Shown here: positions 1 through 12,140 of the stretch, one piece after another
Position numbering within the stretch: position 1 is the first letter of the stretch
How the letters are laid out: each line of letters starts with the position of its first letter
Assembly: GCA_043228905.1 (NCBI GenBank)
Contig: JBHGNT010000013.1
Span: 7,316,001 to 7,380,000 of the forward strand
DNA: 64,000 nt
Direction of reading: 5' to 3'
DNA from: Azolla caroliniana
Lineage: Eukaryota; Plantae; Polypodiophyta
Notes under the pieces: model-generated
The model's database searches: none
Seen by the model: the letters and a program-made list of their open reading frames with translations, nothing else
Told to the model about the DNA's origin: nothing
Program-made: the position numbers and the translations under genes

Positions 1-26
1 GTTCCAGTATCAATCGATTTGTCCTT

Positions 27-242
27 TGAAGGGGCAGCACGAGGATTAGGGTTTAGGTCAACCAGAGAGGGAGAGAGTCCGAATGAGAGACAAAGGGAGA
101 GAGAGAGAGAGATGCACACTATCTTCGGTACAAAGAGTGTACCACTTTTTTGGTTTTTAGATATTATGTATATACAAGTTAAAAATGTGCTTGTTCACAG
201 TCATGCACTAATAAAAGGCACGATGGCCCTTTATTCCCAACA
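27..242 (-). repeat. 3' LTR of copia A
   Basis: tgaaggggcagcacgagg...ttcccaaca. The start matches the sequence at 2943 and 3138 next to the PBS, and it is followed by acctcccacc (PPT on the minus strand). Confidence 0.8.
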
Positions 243-351
243 ACCTCCCACCTAAAGGCAATGTGCCGTGAGAAAAAAGAGAGGAAAGAAAGTCAGCTAA
301 GTCCAAGTATGTACAAAGCTGAACTACATACATCTATCCAACCCCCATCAT

Positions 352-2640
352 TTATCGGCAATGAGCAAATCGCTCAGCTGGAAGACCCTTCGTGAGAAGA
401 TCTGCAGGATTATTATTTGTATGTACTTTGACAAGCTCAATGTTCTTGCTGTCAAGTACATCTCTGATGAAGTGATACTTCACTTGTATGTGCTTCGTCT
501 TTGCATGAAAGACGAGATTCCGAGCTAGCATGATAGAACTCTGGCTGTCACAATGAAGAATAGGTAACTCTGTAATGCCAAGATCTCTCACTAGATATGA
601 AAGCCATAAAGCCTCCTTGCAGGCCTCAGTGGCAGCTACTAACCACTCCATCTGTAGTAGACAATGCAACACACTTTTGTAGTCTGGAGATCCAAGAGAC
701 TGCTCCTCTTGTGAAAGTAAACACATACCCAGAAGTAGACTTTCTGCAGTCCGCGTGACCAGCATAGTCCGCATCCGTAAAACCAACGATAGATGCCTTT
801 TGCTTTCCAAAGCAAATGCACAAGTCCTTTGTGCCTTTGAGGTATCTCATAATGCCTTTCACCGCTTCCCAATGCTTTTTGCCGGGATTTGCCATGTACC
901 TACTAACCACTCCCTCTGTAGTAGACAATGCAACACACTTTTGTAGTCTGGAGATCCAAGAGACTGCTCCTCCTGTGAAAGTAAACACATACCCAGAAGT
1001 AGACTTTCTTCAGTCCGCGTGACCAGCATAGTTCGCATCCGTAAAACCAACGATAGATGCCTTTTGCTTTCCAAAGCAAATGCACAAGTCCTTTGTGCCT
1101 TTGAGGTATCTCATAATGCCTTTCACCGCTTCCCAATGTTTTTTGCCGGGATTTGCCATGTACCTACTAACCACTCCCTCTGTAGTAGACAATGCAACAC
1201 ACTTTTGTAGTCTGGAGATCCAAGAGACTGCTCCTCCTGTGAAAGTAAACACATACCCAGAAGTAGACTTTCTTCAGTCCGCGTGACCAGCATAGTTCGC
1301 ATCCGTAAAACCAACGATAGATGCCTTTTGCTTTCCAAAGCAAATGCACAAGTCCTTTGTGCCTTTGAGGTATCTCATAATGCCTTTCACCGCTTCCCAA
1401 TGTTTTTTGCCGGGATTTGCCATGTACCTACTAACCACTCCCTCTGTAGTAGACAATGCAACACACTTTTGTAGTTTGGAGATCCAAGAGACTGCTCCTC
1501 CTGTGAAAGTAAACACATACCCAGAAGTAGACTTTCTTCAGTCCGCGTGACCAGCATAGTTCGCATCCGTAAAACCAACGATAGATGCCTTTTGCTTTCC
1601 AAAGCAAATGCACTAGTCCTTTGTGCCTTTGAGGTATCTCATAATGCCTTTCACCGCTTCCCAATGCTTTTTGCCGGGATTTTCCATGTACCTACTAACC
1701 ACTCCCATTGCAAAAGCAATATCAGGGTGTGTAGCAACTATCGCATATATCAAACTGCCAATGGCTGAAGCATATGGAACCTTAGCCATTTCAGCCTTCT
1801 CATCATCAGATGTAGGGCTGTCTTCTGCACTGAGTTTCAAATATGGAGGCAATGGAACCCCATTTGTTCCCCCCCCCCCCCCCCCCTCCATATTGAAATG
1901 CTGCAAAACCTTAGAGATATACTCTTGCTGAGATAGAAAGAGTACCCCTTTCGACCGGTTTCGGAGTATTCTCATGCCAAGGATGTGATTTGCATCACCA
2001 AGTTCCTTCATATGAAAGCTGCCATGAAGGCTTTGCTTCAATGAATCCAAGGCATGAACATCCGTGCCAGCAATCAACATATCATCGACATACAAAATCA
2101 AGATAATCAGGCTGCCATCTCCTGCCTTCTTGGTGCACAAGCAGTGGTCCAGTAGACTTCTACGAAAACCTTGAGATTGCATAAATGCATCAAATTTATG
2201 ATACCATTCTCTTGGTGCTTGTTTCAACCCATACAAACTCCTTTTGAGCTTACAAACCATCTCCTCTTTGCCTTTAGCCACAAAACCTTCAGGCTGCTGC
2301 ATATATATGTCTTCATGCAGATCTGCCATGTAAAAAGGCAGTCTTCACATCCATCTGTATGAGCTCCATATCTTCAACTGCAACTAGGCCCAAAATGGTT
2401 CTTAATGTAGTCATCCTAACTACAGGAGAGAAGATCTCATCAAAATCAACTCCATATTCCTGCTTGTATCCTTTTGCAACCAATCTTACTTTGTACTTTG
2501 GTGATGAATCAGAGATGACCTTTATTTAATAAACCCATTTGCATGGAAGTGTTTTATGCCCTTTAGGCAACTGCACCAAATCCCAAGTGTCATTTTTCTC
2601 AAGAAATTCCATCTCTGAGAACATGGCTTTATACCATCTC
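352..2640 (-). pseudogene. copia RT/RNase H (disrupted)
   Basis: Motifs LKRSLYGLKQAPR, LYVDDML, GFTDADYAG, VALSTTE and FHAKTKHI are present, with stops and frameshifts. Confidence 0.9.
636..1705. repeat. Tandem array of a 264-bp RT/RNase H segment, 4 copies
   Basis: ctactaaccactcc recurs at 636, 900, 1164, 1428 and 1692. The ORF track repeats with the same 264-bp period. Confidence 0.95.
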
Positions 2641-2835
2641 AAGAAAAAGACCTGCTTTGCTCTATATCTGTAGGCTTTACCCCTTTGACTTTAATAGGCT
2701 TTGCATGCTTCTTCTGCAACAAGATGTTGTAGCACTGCTTTTTCCATATCGCAAAGTTATGTGCACCCTCAAGCTTCTTGATGTGCATAAGGTGGCTACC
2801 ATCATTGCTGCTAGTCATCATTTCTTAGCCCAAAT

Positions 2836-3205
2836 GGAGGACCAAACCTACTCTGCAGAAAAAAAAGACCTATACTGTAGAAAAAAATGTATGTGATTTG
2901 CTTTGCAAAAAAAAAAAGACCTGCTTTGCCCTGATACTAGTTTGAAGGGGAAGCACGAGGATTAGGGTTTAGGGCAACCAAAGAGGGAGAGAGTCTAAGT
3001 GAGAGACAAACGGAGGACCAAACCTACTCTGCAGAAAACGTGACCTGCTCTACAGAAAAAAAGATCTGTACTGTAGAAAAAAATGTATGTGATTTGCTTT
3101 GCAGAAAAAAAAGACCTGCTTTGCTCTGATACTAGTTTGAAGGGGAAGCACGAGGATTAGGGTTTAGGGCAACCAAAGAGGGAGAGAGTCAGAGTGAGAG
3201 ACAAA
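2836..3205. repeat. Tandem duplication of copia A 5'UTR-PBS-LTR boundary (~175-195 bp)
   Basis: ggaggaccaaacctactctgcagaaaa...ctgatactagtttgaagggg...gagagacaaa occurs from 2836 and again from 3012. Confidence 0.85.
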
Positions 3206-3210
3206 GGGAG

Positions 3211-5107
3211 AAAGAAAGAAAGAAAGAAAGATATATTAACGTCTTTTAAGAGGCCAAAATGGCCAATAAGACCAAATAAGAGATTACATCTTAAGTGTTG
3301 TCTCGTCTTTGAGAACAAATCAAAATAAAATAAATATTACACAGTAAATATAAAAGTAAATAACATGAAAAGAAAAGAAATGAGGGAATCTGGTTTTTGG
3401 CACATGTGAGATCCTCAAGTTAGGTATATTGTAGCTTTTGTCTTCGAAAGATCTCTAGTATAGGTCGATCCAGAATGGAAATGTCTCTGAAGCGAGGGAA
3501 GCACCTACGATGATGGGAGATAATGGCTTTTAGTCGATGACAAGGGTGTCGAGGTCGTGGTCCATGGGGCCGAGGCCTACGTGCACGGCAAATTGCCATT
3601 GCCCGATCAATTGTAACCCCTTTGTTATGTCCTGGTTTGAAGCCCATTTGTGTATCCCGGGGTTGACTTCTAGCATTAGGAGTGATGGGGCTAAAGAAAG
3701 TTGTGATCGTTCTTTGTGGATGAGCTTGTGTGGCTGTATTCTTCACCAACTTTTCCCGATGTCTCTTGAGCTCTAGCAAGAAAAGTTCTAGGCATCGTTG
3801 GTCCTCATATTCCATTACCTTGCGTAGTGGGCCAAAGCCTTGTTTAAAGAGGCAATGGTATCTCCCTCTGATTTCATAAAATACAATACAATGACAAACA
3901 TAGTGTTCTTCAGATTCCACTCCTTGATGACACAATTGGCAAATTCTCTCTTCTAGAGGTAGTCGTGTATAGCTGCCTACCTCTATCTGTAGCTGATGTG
4001 ATTAAGTTCACAACTGCCCTATCACACTACGCAGCGCATAGGATAGATGTATGTCCATATTAGGTGGCCTGATGACAAATCCATCCTCCGATGTATGTAA
4101 GAAGTGTGTCTTATAGTGGGCCATCTTTGTACCAAGTGGTATTTTGGGGCTGATCCATGTTATCTTGTTTTCCAAGTTAATAATATCAGTCCCGATCATT
4201 CTGTTCTTTTCCACTTTGGTCATATTTAGATGGGGACAGTCCAAGATATATTGGAACGAGGGTAGTGCATTTATACTCATGCCATGTGACTCGAACCATT
4301 GCTGCATTTCAGCATACCAACAATGAGTGTCTCCATTTTCAGCCAGTTGTCTTGATGACATAAGGGCCAACCTTGGGTACCTTCGTTTAGGGAGCTCCCA
4401 AAGACGTTGGATAAATGTCACTAATCGGAACAACGCCTCGGTTATTATAGGTGCTGCTCCCATCTCTGCCCAGATTATATCGTGGGGCACCGATACTTTG
4501 CTCCTTATCATGCGAGCAATCATTGACACTAAAGGTCTCTCTAAATCTTTCCAATGATTTGCCTTGTTAAGACTCGGTCCCCATGTCTCTACTCCATAGA
4601 GAAGAGTTGGTGTGACAAGTGTATGAAATAACCATAGCTTAGTCCGTGGCTCTTGGAACTGCAAATGTGCACATTGTCTCTCGAGAGCACCAAGGGCTGC
4701 ATATGCACGAGAAAGTCGGGCACAGGCGGCCTCTTGTAAGGAGAACCTAGGTCCTGTAAATGTTACTCCTAGGTATGTGTAGGAGCGTGTGTATTCCACC
4801 TTTTCCTCTCCCAAGAAGAATTCTGGTTCTGATCTTGTTACCCATGATTGGGTGGTGTTAAACACCATCACTTTAGTTTTATTCATGTTGATTGACAAAC
4901 CTTTGTCCGTACAAAATAGTTTTAAGGCATTTAGATGTCTTTGTAGTCCCTCCGGAGAGTTAGAAATCAGCACAATATCATCAGCATATAGTAATATTTG
5001 TATAGCTATACCTGTTAGGTGTGCTCCGGAACCCCCAAATATCTCTATGTACTGTGATACCTCATCTATATAGAGACCGAAGAGTGTGGGGGACAGTGGG
5101 CATCCTC
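3211..5107 (-). mobile_element. 5'-truncated non-LTR retrotransposon (LINE; RTE-X/CR1-like ORF2 3' part)
   Basis: RT motifs GCPLSPTLFGLYID, LLYADDIVLIS and YTYLGV. C-terminal SHQLQIEVG..ERICQLCH..ESEEHYVCHC. (CTTT)5 3' tail at 3211-3230. Confidence 0.85.
3420..5105 (-). pseudogene. LINE ORF2 (RT C-terminal half and Cys/His domain)
   Basis: ORFs 4008-4973 and 3420-3935 plus in-frame upstream sequence to ~5105, interrupted near 4008. Confidence 0.8.
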
Positions 5108-6109
5108 AGGCTGTTTCATGTAAAGCTCTTCATCAATGTCACCATGCTAAAAAGCTGTATGTACATCCATTTGGTCTAATTCCAAATCAAGTGCAGCCAT
5201 TATAGCAAATAGCACTCGCAAAGGGTTTTTTTTACCACAGCAGAAAACACTTCCTGGAAATCAATGCCTTTAGTTTGACCATATCCTTTTGCAACCAGCC
5301 TTGCTTTATACTTGGGTTTGTTATCAACAGTCTTGATTTTATATACCCATTTGTTAGGAATAGCTTTCCTTCATTTGGGCAGTATATGTAAGAGGTTCTC
5401 CCTCATCAGTCAACATTATGTAGTGCAATGAGGGGTCAAATCTACTCACATTTCGTCTAATACGAGTAGAACGTCTCACCCCAATGATCCATATTGTCAG
5501 GCAATGGATCAACATCAGGTGGCATGTCTAAATCATCATTGTTAGGCTGCTGTCCATTTTTTTCAGCATTATTATTTGGCTGCATATTCTTCTTAGGATC
5601 CTCATCTTGCTGTCCAACATCTTCTGGCTCCAAAACCACTGGATGATCAATATTTTCAGTCCTTTGTGGTGGATCCTGATGGTCAAACCTGGGTCTAATA
5701 GGTGGTTGGTCGTGCTGAAATCTAACCCTTTTATGGTCATTTTTTGAGGCACAATTGTTTCAAAGCAGGCTTGCCTCATTGAAAACAGCATCTCGACTGT
5801 GTATAACCTTCTTGAGCTGGGGTATCCAAATCCTGTAGCCCATTTCGCCTTCTTCACCATATCCCAGGAAGAGGCCCTTAATGGACTTGGCACCAAGTTT
5901 GTTTCTCAGCTCAGGTCTTATATGTACAAAAGCCTTGCAACCAAAGACACGTAAGTGATCATATGAAGCAAGTTTGCCAGACCAAACTCTCCCACAGTGT
6001 CCTGTTATATCGTTCAGCCACACCATTAGAAGAGATCCCATGCATCTCACTCTCCCACAAAGTGTCCTGTTATATCGTTCACCCACATCATTAGAAGAGA
6101 TCCCATACC

Positions 6110-8850
6110 CACCATAGCCCTTCTTAACCTGTCGAACCAGGCTCGAGGAGATTGCTTTAGTCCATAAAGCGACTTCCTTCGTTTGCAAACCTTACCTACT
6201 GTTTGAATTGTACCAAAACCTGGGTGGATATCCACGTACACTTCCTCCATCAACTCTCCATGAAGGAAAGCATTTTTTACATCTAATTTATGTAATTTCT
6301 AATCTTTATTCACTACTAAGGAAATAAGCGTTCTAACAGTGCTCATCTTTGCTACAGGTGCAAAAATCTCGTCGTAATCAATGCCATATGTCTGGCTATA
6401 TCCCTTAGCCACTAATTGTGCCTTGTATCGATCTATTTTTCCCTTTGGGGTCTATTTTATTGTAAAGACTCATTTGCACCAACCGCCTTCTTTCTTGGTG
6501 GTAGTGACACAACCTCCCAACCCATTTGTTCTTCTCAAGAGCTCCGAGTTCTTCTTGCATGGCTGCTTTCTACTTTGGATCTTCTTTAGCAACCTGCCAA
6601 CACTTGGGTAAAGTGACAGAGTCTAATGATGCAACAATTGTTTAGCTGATATGTTAGAATAAGAGATAAATTGAGCAATATCATGAGGGAAACCATAATG
6701 ATCAGGAGGGACTCTTGCATCACTGCGAGAGGTCCTCCCAACCTCTATAGGAGAAGGAGAGGAAATCATATCACTTGTCACCACTATCTTCTTCCCTCAT
6801 ATTTTCAGTCTCAATTAAGTCATCAAAGGGTGAAGTTACCTCTTGTTTATAATATGGCTCCGACTCTCTGAAATGCACATCCATGCTCACAAATAATCTC
6901 TTCTCTATTGGACTCCAACAAACATAGCCTTTTTGTGTGGTAGAGTATCCCACAAATACACATTTCACAGCTCTAGGATCAAGTTTTCCTACAGATGGTC
7001 TACTGTCCTTTACAAAACACACACATCCAAATACCTTCAAAGGAAGGATTCCAGAGTTATTCCCTTGCAACAACTCACATGGAGACTTCCACCCCAATAC
7101 TCTAGAGTGCATTCTATTGATCAATGCGGTAGCCGTCAAAACTGCCTGTCCCCACAACTGCTTTGGGGCATTCATAGAAATCATCATGCTTCTTGTTACT
7201 TCTAGAAGATGTTTGTTCTTCCTCTCTGCTGCTCCATTTTGTGCCGTTGTATATGGGCATGTAGTTTGGCGTTGTATTCCTTGATCTGACAGGTATGCCA
7301 TAAACGTAACGTTAGCATACTCTGTTCCATTATCAGATCTCAACACCTTTATTATTGCACCATATTGAGTTTGAACAGCTCTATGAAATCTTTAAAGCAA
7401 GCAAATACTTCATTGTTAGTTTTCATCAAATATAACCAAGTAACACGAGAGAAGCAGTCAATGAAAGAGACAAAATATCTATATCCATTAATAGAACTTG
7501 TGGAACACGGTCCCCAAACATCGGAGTGTATCACATCAAATGCATGGGGACTCCTATGACGTGAACTAACATACAAGCTTTTAGTAAGCTTACCAAATTC
7601 ACACGCATCAGAAACAAGTTTCGATTTATCAGCCTTTTCAAAAAGGTGTGGATACATCTGACTCAAAACCCCATAAGAGGTATGTCCCATACGTTGGTGG
7701 TAAAGCATCAACAAGTCCTCACAACTCATTTTATACCCCCTTACATCTGTTCCTTCTACCATAGATGCTAATGCTGAATCCAGCCCTTCGCAATCCAAAT
7801 ACCATAGTCCATTATGCCATGTGTCAGTCCCAAGTCTTTGACCTATCCCTTTCTCCTGGAATGTCACCTTGGGAATATCAAAAGAAACAACACATTTTAG
7901 TTGGAGTATGATAGAACTTATGGATAATAGGTTTATTGGGAAAGAAGGAGCATGCAACACATTAGATAATGTCGCGGAGTCAGTACATTTCACTGTACCT
8001 ATACCAACTACAGGTTGTGTTGTACCGTCAGCAGTTTGAATGCTCTCTGGTATTGCTAAGTGAGTACACGAGGAGAACTTGCTAGCATTACCCGTCACAT
8101 ACCTAGATGCACCAGAATTAATTATCCATTCTGGTGTAGAGGCAAGAGTATGTGTGTTACCAATACCTTTGGCGGAATAAGCATAGGTAGCAACGTTACC
8201 CCTTTCCATGAATGTAGATCTTTGCTTCCTCCGAAGTTTTTGGAAGAGAGCTTGATCCTCTTTGGTGAACACCACCTTTGCTCCATCTTCTTCTACTACC
8301 ATCAGGTTTGCTTGGTGACCTCCTCTTCCACCTCTTCGTCCCCCACGACCGCGACCTCTAGTTTGTCCATGTCCTCCATATTCTAGAAGGCGAGGTGGTG
8401 GTTGTGTTCCCAACACACCTCTAGATGCTACAATCTTAGCTTGCTTCATGTATTTCACCAATGTTTTCACCTGATCCTCATTCAATTTTGACAACACCTC
8501 ATCCATCTTCTCTCCTCTTCTGACTTCTTTTTTGAAGTCACCCCTCATTCACATAGCACAGTCATCCTAGAAGGAGAAGCCTCCCTTTTGTCTCTTGGAT
8601 ACTAGGACAGTGCTCTTTTGTTCATTGTTACACCAGTAGAGGGTGGATCTAGGGTTTGGCAGAGGGGAAGAAAGTCTAGGGTTTTGCATAGGATCTAGGC
8701 TCTGATACCATATAGAAAAATGAGAAGAAAGGAAACACAGAGATCGCTTATCTTTATATGTGAAGAAAGCTCCTCTTTATAACGGCCAAGATCTGGCCGT
8801 TGGGCTAACTAGTTGTTGGAGCTAACTAGCCGTTGGGCTAGCAGTTATAA
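6110..8850 (-). mobile_element. Ty1/copia element C (Ale/RE1-like), truncated, nested in B
   Basis: PBS tctgatacca 8701-8710 and LTR remnant 8711-8850. Gag/protease/integrase ORFs 7352-8548 and 6771-7346 (HSDVWGP, RSDNGTEY, QNGAAERK). RT remnant to ~6110. Confidence 0.8.
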
Positions 8851-9905
8851 CTAGTTGTTGTCCTTACACAAACATTTCAGTTTTCTGCCTGTTTGGGTGG
8901 TCACACATGCATGAAAATACTTAAATGCAGCTAAGGCTTCATCCTTAGATTTAAGCAATTGAACCCAAATTTTTCTAGAGAAATCATCAACAAATGAGAT
9001 AAAATACATTGCACCCCCCATAGATAGATTTGGTGGGCATGCTACACACATAAGAATGAGCAAGATCAAGTACACAAGGCTTACGAGACACACCAGAGTA
9101 AAAGGAACGCTTCACTTGCTTTCCATATTGGCATTCATTACAAAATCGAGCTTTGTGTCTTTAGCATCAAGCTTATTTAGATTACAAAGGTCATATGGCC
9201 AAGTCTCTTATGCCACAACTCCATATGGGGGCAAACTTCAGCCAAAGCAATAAATTTGCCGATATAGCATTTCCATGTAAGTAGTAAAGAGTTCCCTTCT
9301 TTGTGCCGTTCACAATCAGCCTTGAAACTTTTGTCATTTTCCATGATCCTATCTCAAAGAGAATGCTATAACCATGCATATCCATTTGACCCACAGAAAG
9401 CAAGCTCTTCTTGATCCCTGGTACATAACACACATTATGCAAAACCAGCTCATTAGTGCCATTTGTAGAAAAATGTACAGTGCCAATACCCTCAATGGAA
9501 CATGCACCATTGTTTCCAAGGTATACATGGCCATGGTTGCTTGCAGTAAAGGTAGAAAAACTCTCCTTGATAGGAGTCACATGAAATAAAGCACCAGAGT
9601 CACGTGAAATGAATCTTATCAGAAACAGCCATCTTAATATATATGACAGCCTTTTTGTTTAAAATCTACCTTTCATCTTCTGACATCTTCTGTGGTTTTT
9701 CTGCCTCCAATGCACTGTCACAATCCTTCAAAAAAAGAATTCCGTGCATTCTTGTGTTTCCTCAAATCGTCTAATCTCAAAAAGATTCTTCACATCTGAG
9801 GAGGATGACGCCATAGCTACACTATAAAGGGGTCTGAACACTTTTACTTTGCTGTACAGCACCTACACAGAAATTCTGAAACCCTAAACCTGCTCTGATA
9901 CCAGT

Positions 9906-10217
9906 TGTAAGGGTTAGGAATGATATCAATAGGGCTGAGAAATACTCAGGATTCACCCTAGTATAGCTCTTTAGATGCAACAATGGAACTATGGTAGAAA
10001 AGATAGAGAGAGAGCAGTAGTTGGAGGATGTCACTTATGAAGTGAGATCCAAAAGTTTTTAACTTATGTTTTATATGACCCATTTAGGGTTGGCCAAGTT
10101 CACACTGAACTTGGCCCAAAAAATAAAGAAAAAGTGATTAGTGATTTTTGGCCTTTATAAATAGGCCTATACACAATTACACACTATAAGGGGTCATTTA
10201 GGGCCTTTACCCCAACA
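9906..10217 (-). repeat. 5' LTR of copia B
   Basis: TG..CA ends, directly next to the iMet PBS. Confidence 0.7.
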
Positions 10218-11841
10218 GTGAGGGCATCAAGGGCTGTAGTTGGGTCTAGATGGTAGAGTTCTTGTTGGAAATATTGACTAACTTTATACTAGTTCTTTGG
10301 TAAAGTGGATGATTGTGTAGAGAGAGAAGGAGAGTAAAAGGGGGAAAGTTATTGGATGTGAATCCCACATCTTTTCTTCCATGGTTTGCCTTTAGGCCAT
10401 GAGGGTGATTGGTTTCCCAGTTATGTTATGCTGCTGGAGTGGAATCCATCACTACATAACGGTAAGAGCACAAGATATAGCATGTTACAAAATAGGAAAA
10501 CATTAAAATAACAGGGAGTTGTCATGATATCAGAGTCATTATTGTAGAATAATTAGCATAGAATACATATGCGAAGTATTCTACTTTTTCTTAAGCACCT
10601 AGAATACCATTAAATACATTAAATATGTAGAATATGTGTAGAACACATTAAATACATGTAAAATATGTCAAATAGTTCTTAATAAAAAGTTTTTAAAAAT
10701 ATTTTACCTCTTTGGAAATATTAAATTACCTGTTAAATACTTAGAATATGTAGAGTACGTGAAATACTATAAAATGGCAGTTCTAAAATATAGAATAAGT
10801 GTACAATACTTCTGAGTATTATAAAACGTATTCTAAACATAGAATACGCGTTTTTTAACAGCTAGAGTGGAGTGCAACATAATGATATAGTAGAAAATAA
10901 ATGGGAGAAGAGAAGCTTTCAAGGTGGTATAGATCCCATCAAAACACAATAAAACATGGTGGGATGTACGCTTTATTATAGACACTATGAAATGTTAAAG
11001 CCTCATTTGTAGCATGGCATGTCTATCACGGCTAGAAAATATAAAGAAATATACATGTCATTGAAGATACATCCGACATATATTAGATGGGTAAACTAAA
11101 GCTATATACTCATGAAATTTTATGATGATAATCATGATCATTCTCTCAATGGGGCTATAACTAAGACAATGTTAAAATATTATTTATGTTCATAATCATG
11201 TAAACATATATAAATTCTGTGAAAGTCATCTTAAATGTTAAATACTATATATCAAGGTGGTTCAACACAAAGATGACAAAAGCATGTTGACTTATGCCAT
11301 GTGCCAGTAGCTCAGAATATATAGAAGACGTGCTAAATGATAAGTCTTCTGTAGAAATTAAATTCTATAGAAACTTGAAAATGAAGAGGAAAATGTCTGT
11401 GAGGCATAATTAATTGCCATTGTGTATAGCTAAGAATGAAAAAGACGATGAGCAGAAGGGCAATACTGTACTATGTTAACCCTTGGCAACCATCTCTGTC
11501 TTATTATCAATCACATAATGAGCGTGAGATAAAGATGACATCAACATACTTTCCATACTTTTGATTTGGTTGAGGTTTTTTCTCGTGTCATGCATCTATG
11601 TGCTTTCACTTTTTAGTGCTTATCCCCTTTGTTTTGCCGATGATTTGGATTAAATGCTTAATATTGTGTCTCATCCTCAGTTCCAAAGTGTATATTTATG
11701 CTAATAGTTGTTATTGACAATTATACTGGGTGATCTTTTTTGCTCAATGCTAGTTTTATATGCTTGGTAGTAAAGGAAGGATGGAGGAATGTGGGGATAC
11801 TTGGGGGGGAGGAGAGAGAGTTTTGTGGTTACTGCCTGCAG

Positions 11842-12140
11842 ACAAACCGCACTGTCGCTGTGAAGAAGATTCGCCTTGGCAAGTACAAAGAAGGTGTACA
11901 CGTGACTGCATTAAGGGAGATTAAACTACTGAGAGAGTTGAAAGATCCTAACATCATTGAGATGATAGACGTTTATCCTCATAAACGCAACTTGCATCTT
12001 GTGTTTGAATTTATGGAGAGTGATTTGGAAGCAGTAATACGGGACCGTAACATTGTATTGTCTGCTGCTGATATCAAGTCATACATGCAAATGACCATGA
12101 AAGGGCTTGCTCATTGCCATAAAAAATGGGTTTTGCACAG
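11842..12140 (+). CDS. CDKD: CDKD exon (TNRTVAVKK...VLHR)
   Basis: ctgcag acceptor and AG/gtaatg donor. Confidence 0.92.

Larger units (their letters stand above)
27..3210 (-). mobile_element. Ty1/copia element A, internally deleted and rearranged
   Basis: 3' LTR 27-242 (TG..CA) with adjacent PPT. RNase H/RT coding 352-2640 and a gag N-terminus at ~2665-2821. Degenerate iMet PBS (ctgatacta on +) next to the 5' LTR copy at 2943 and again at 3138. The 5' LTR is cut at ~3210 by a LINE. Confidence 0.85.
5108..10217 (-). mobile_element. Ty1/copia element B, degenerate, interrupted by element C
   Basis: 5' LTR 9906-10217 (tgtaag...cccaaca) and PBS gctctgatacca 9892-9903. Protease/GAG-pre-integrase 9050-9600, integrase 8851-9093 continuing at ~5760-6050, RT remnant 5108-5390. 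No 3' LTR. Confidence 0.75.

Noticed and set aside
636-1705. CRISPR-like array or repeat-protein gene
   Set aside because: There are no unique spacers. The unit is plain copia RT/RNase H sequence with stops.
1869-1888. Poly-Gly insertion in RT
   Set aside because: Homopolymer C run, most likely slippage or sequencing error.
11740-11841. ORF-track N-terminus as CDKD exon 1
   Set aside because: It has a non-ATG start and no GxGxxG loop, and a clean ctgcag acceptor at 11841 marks it as intron.
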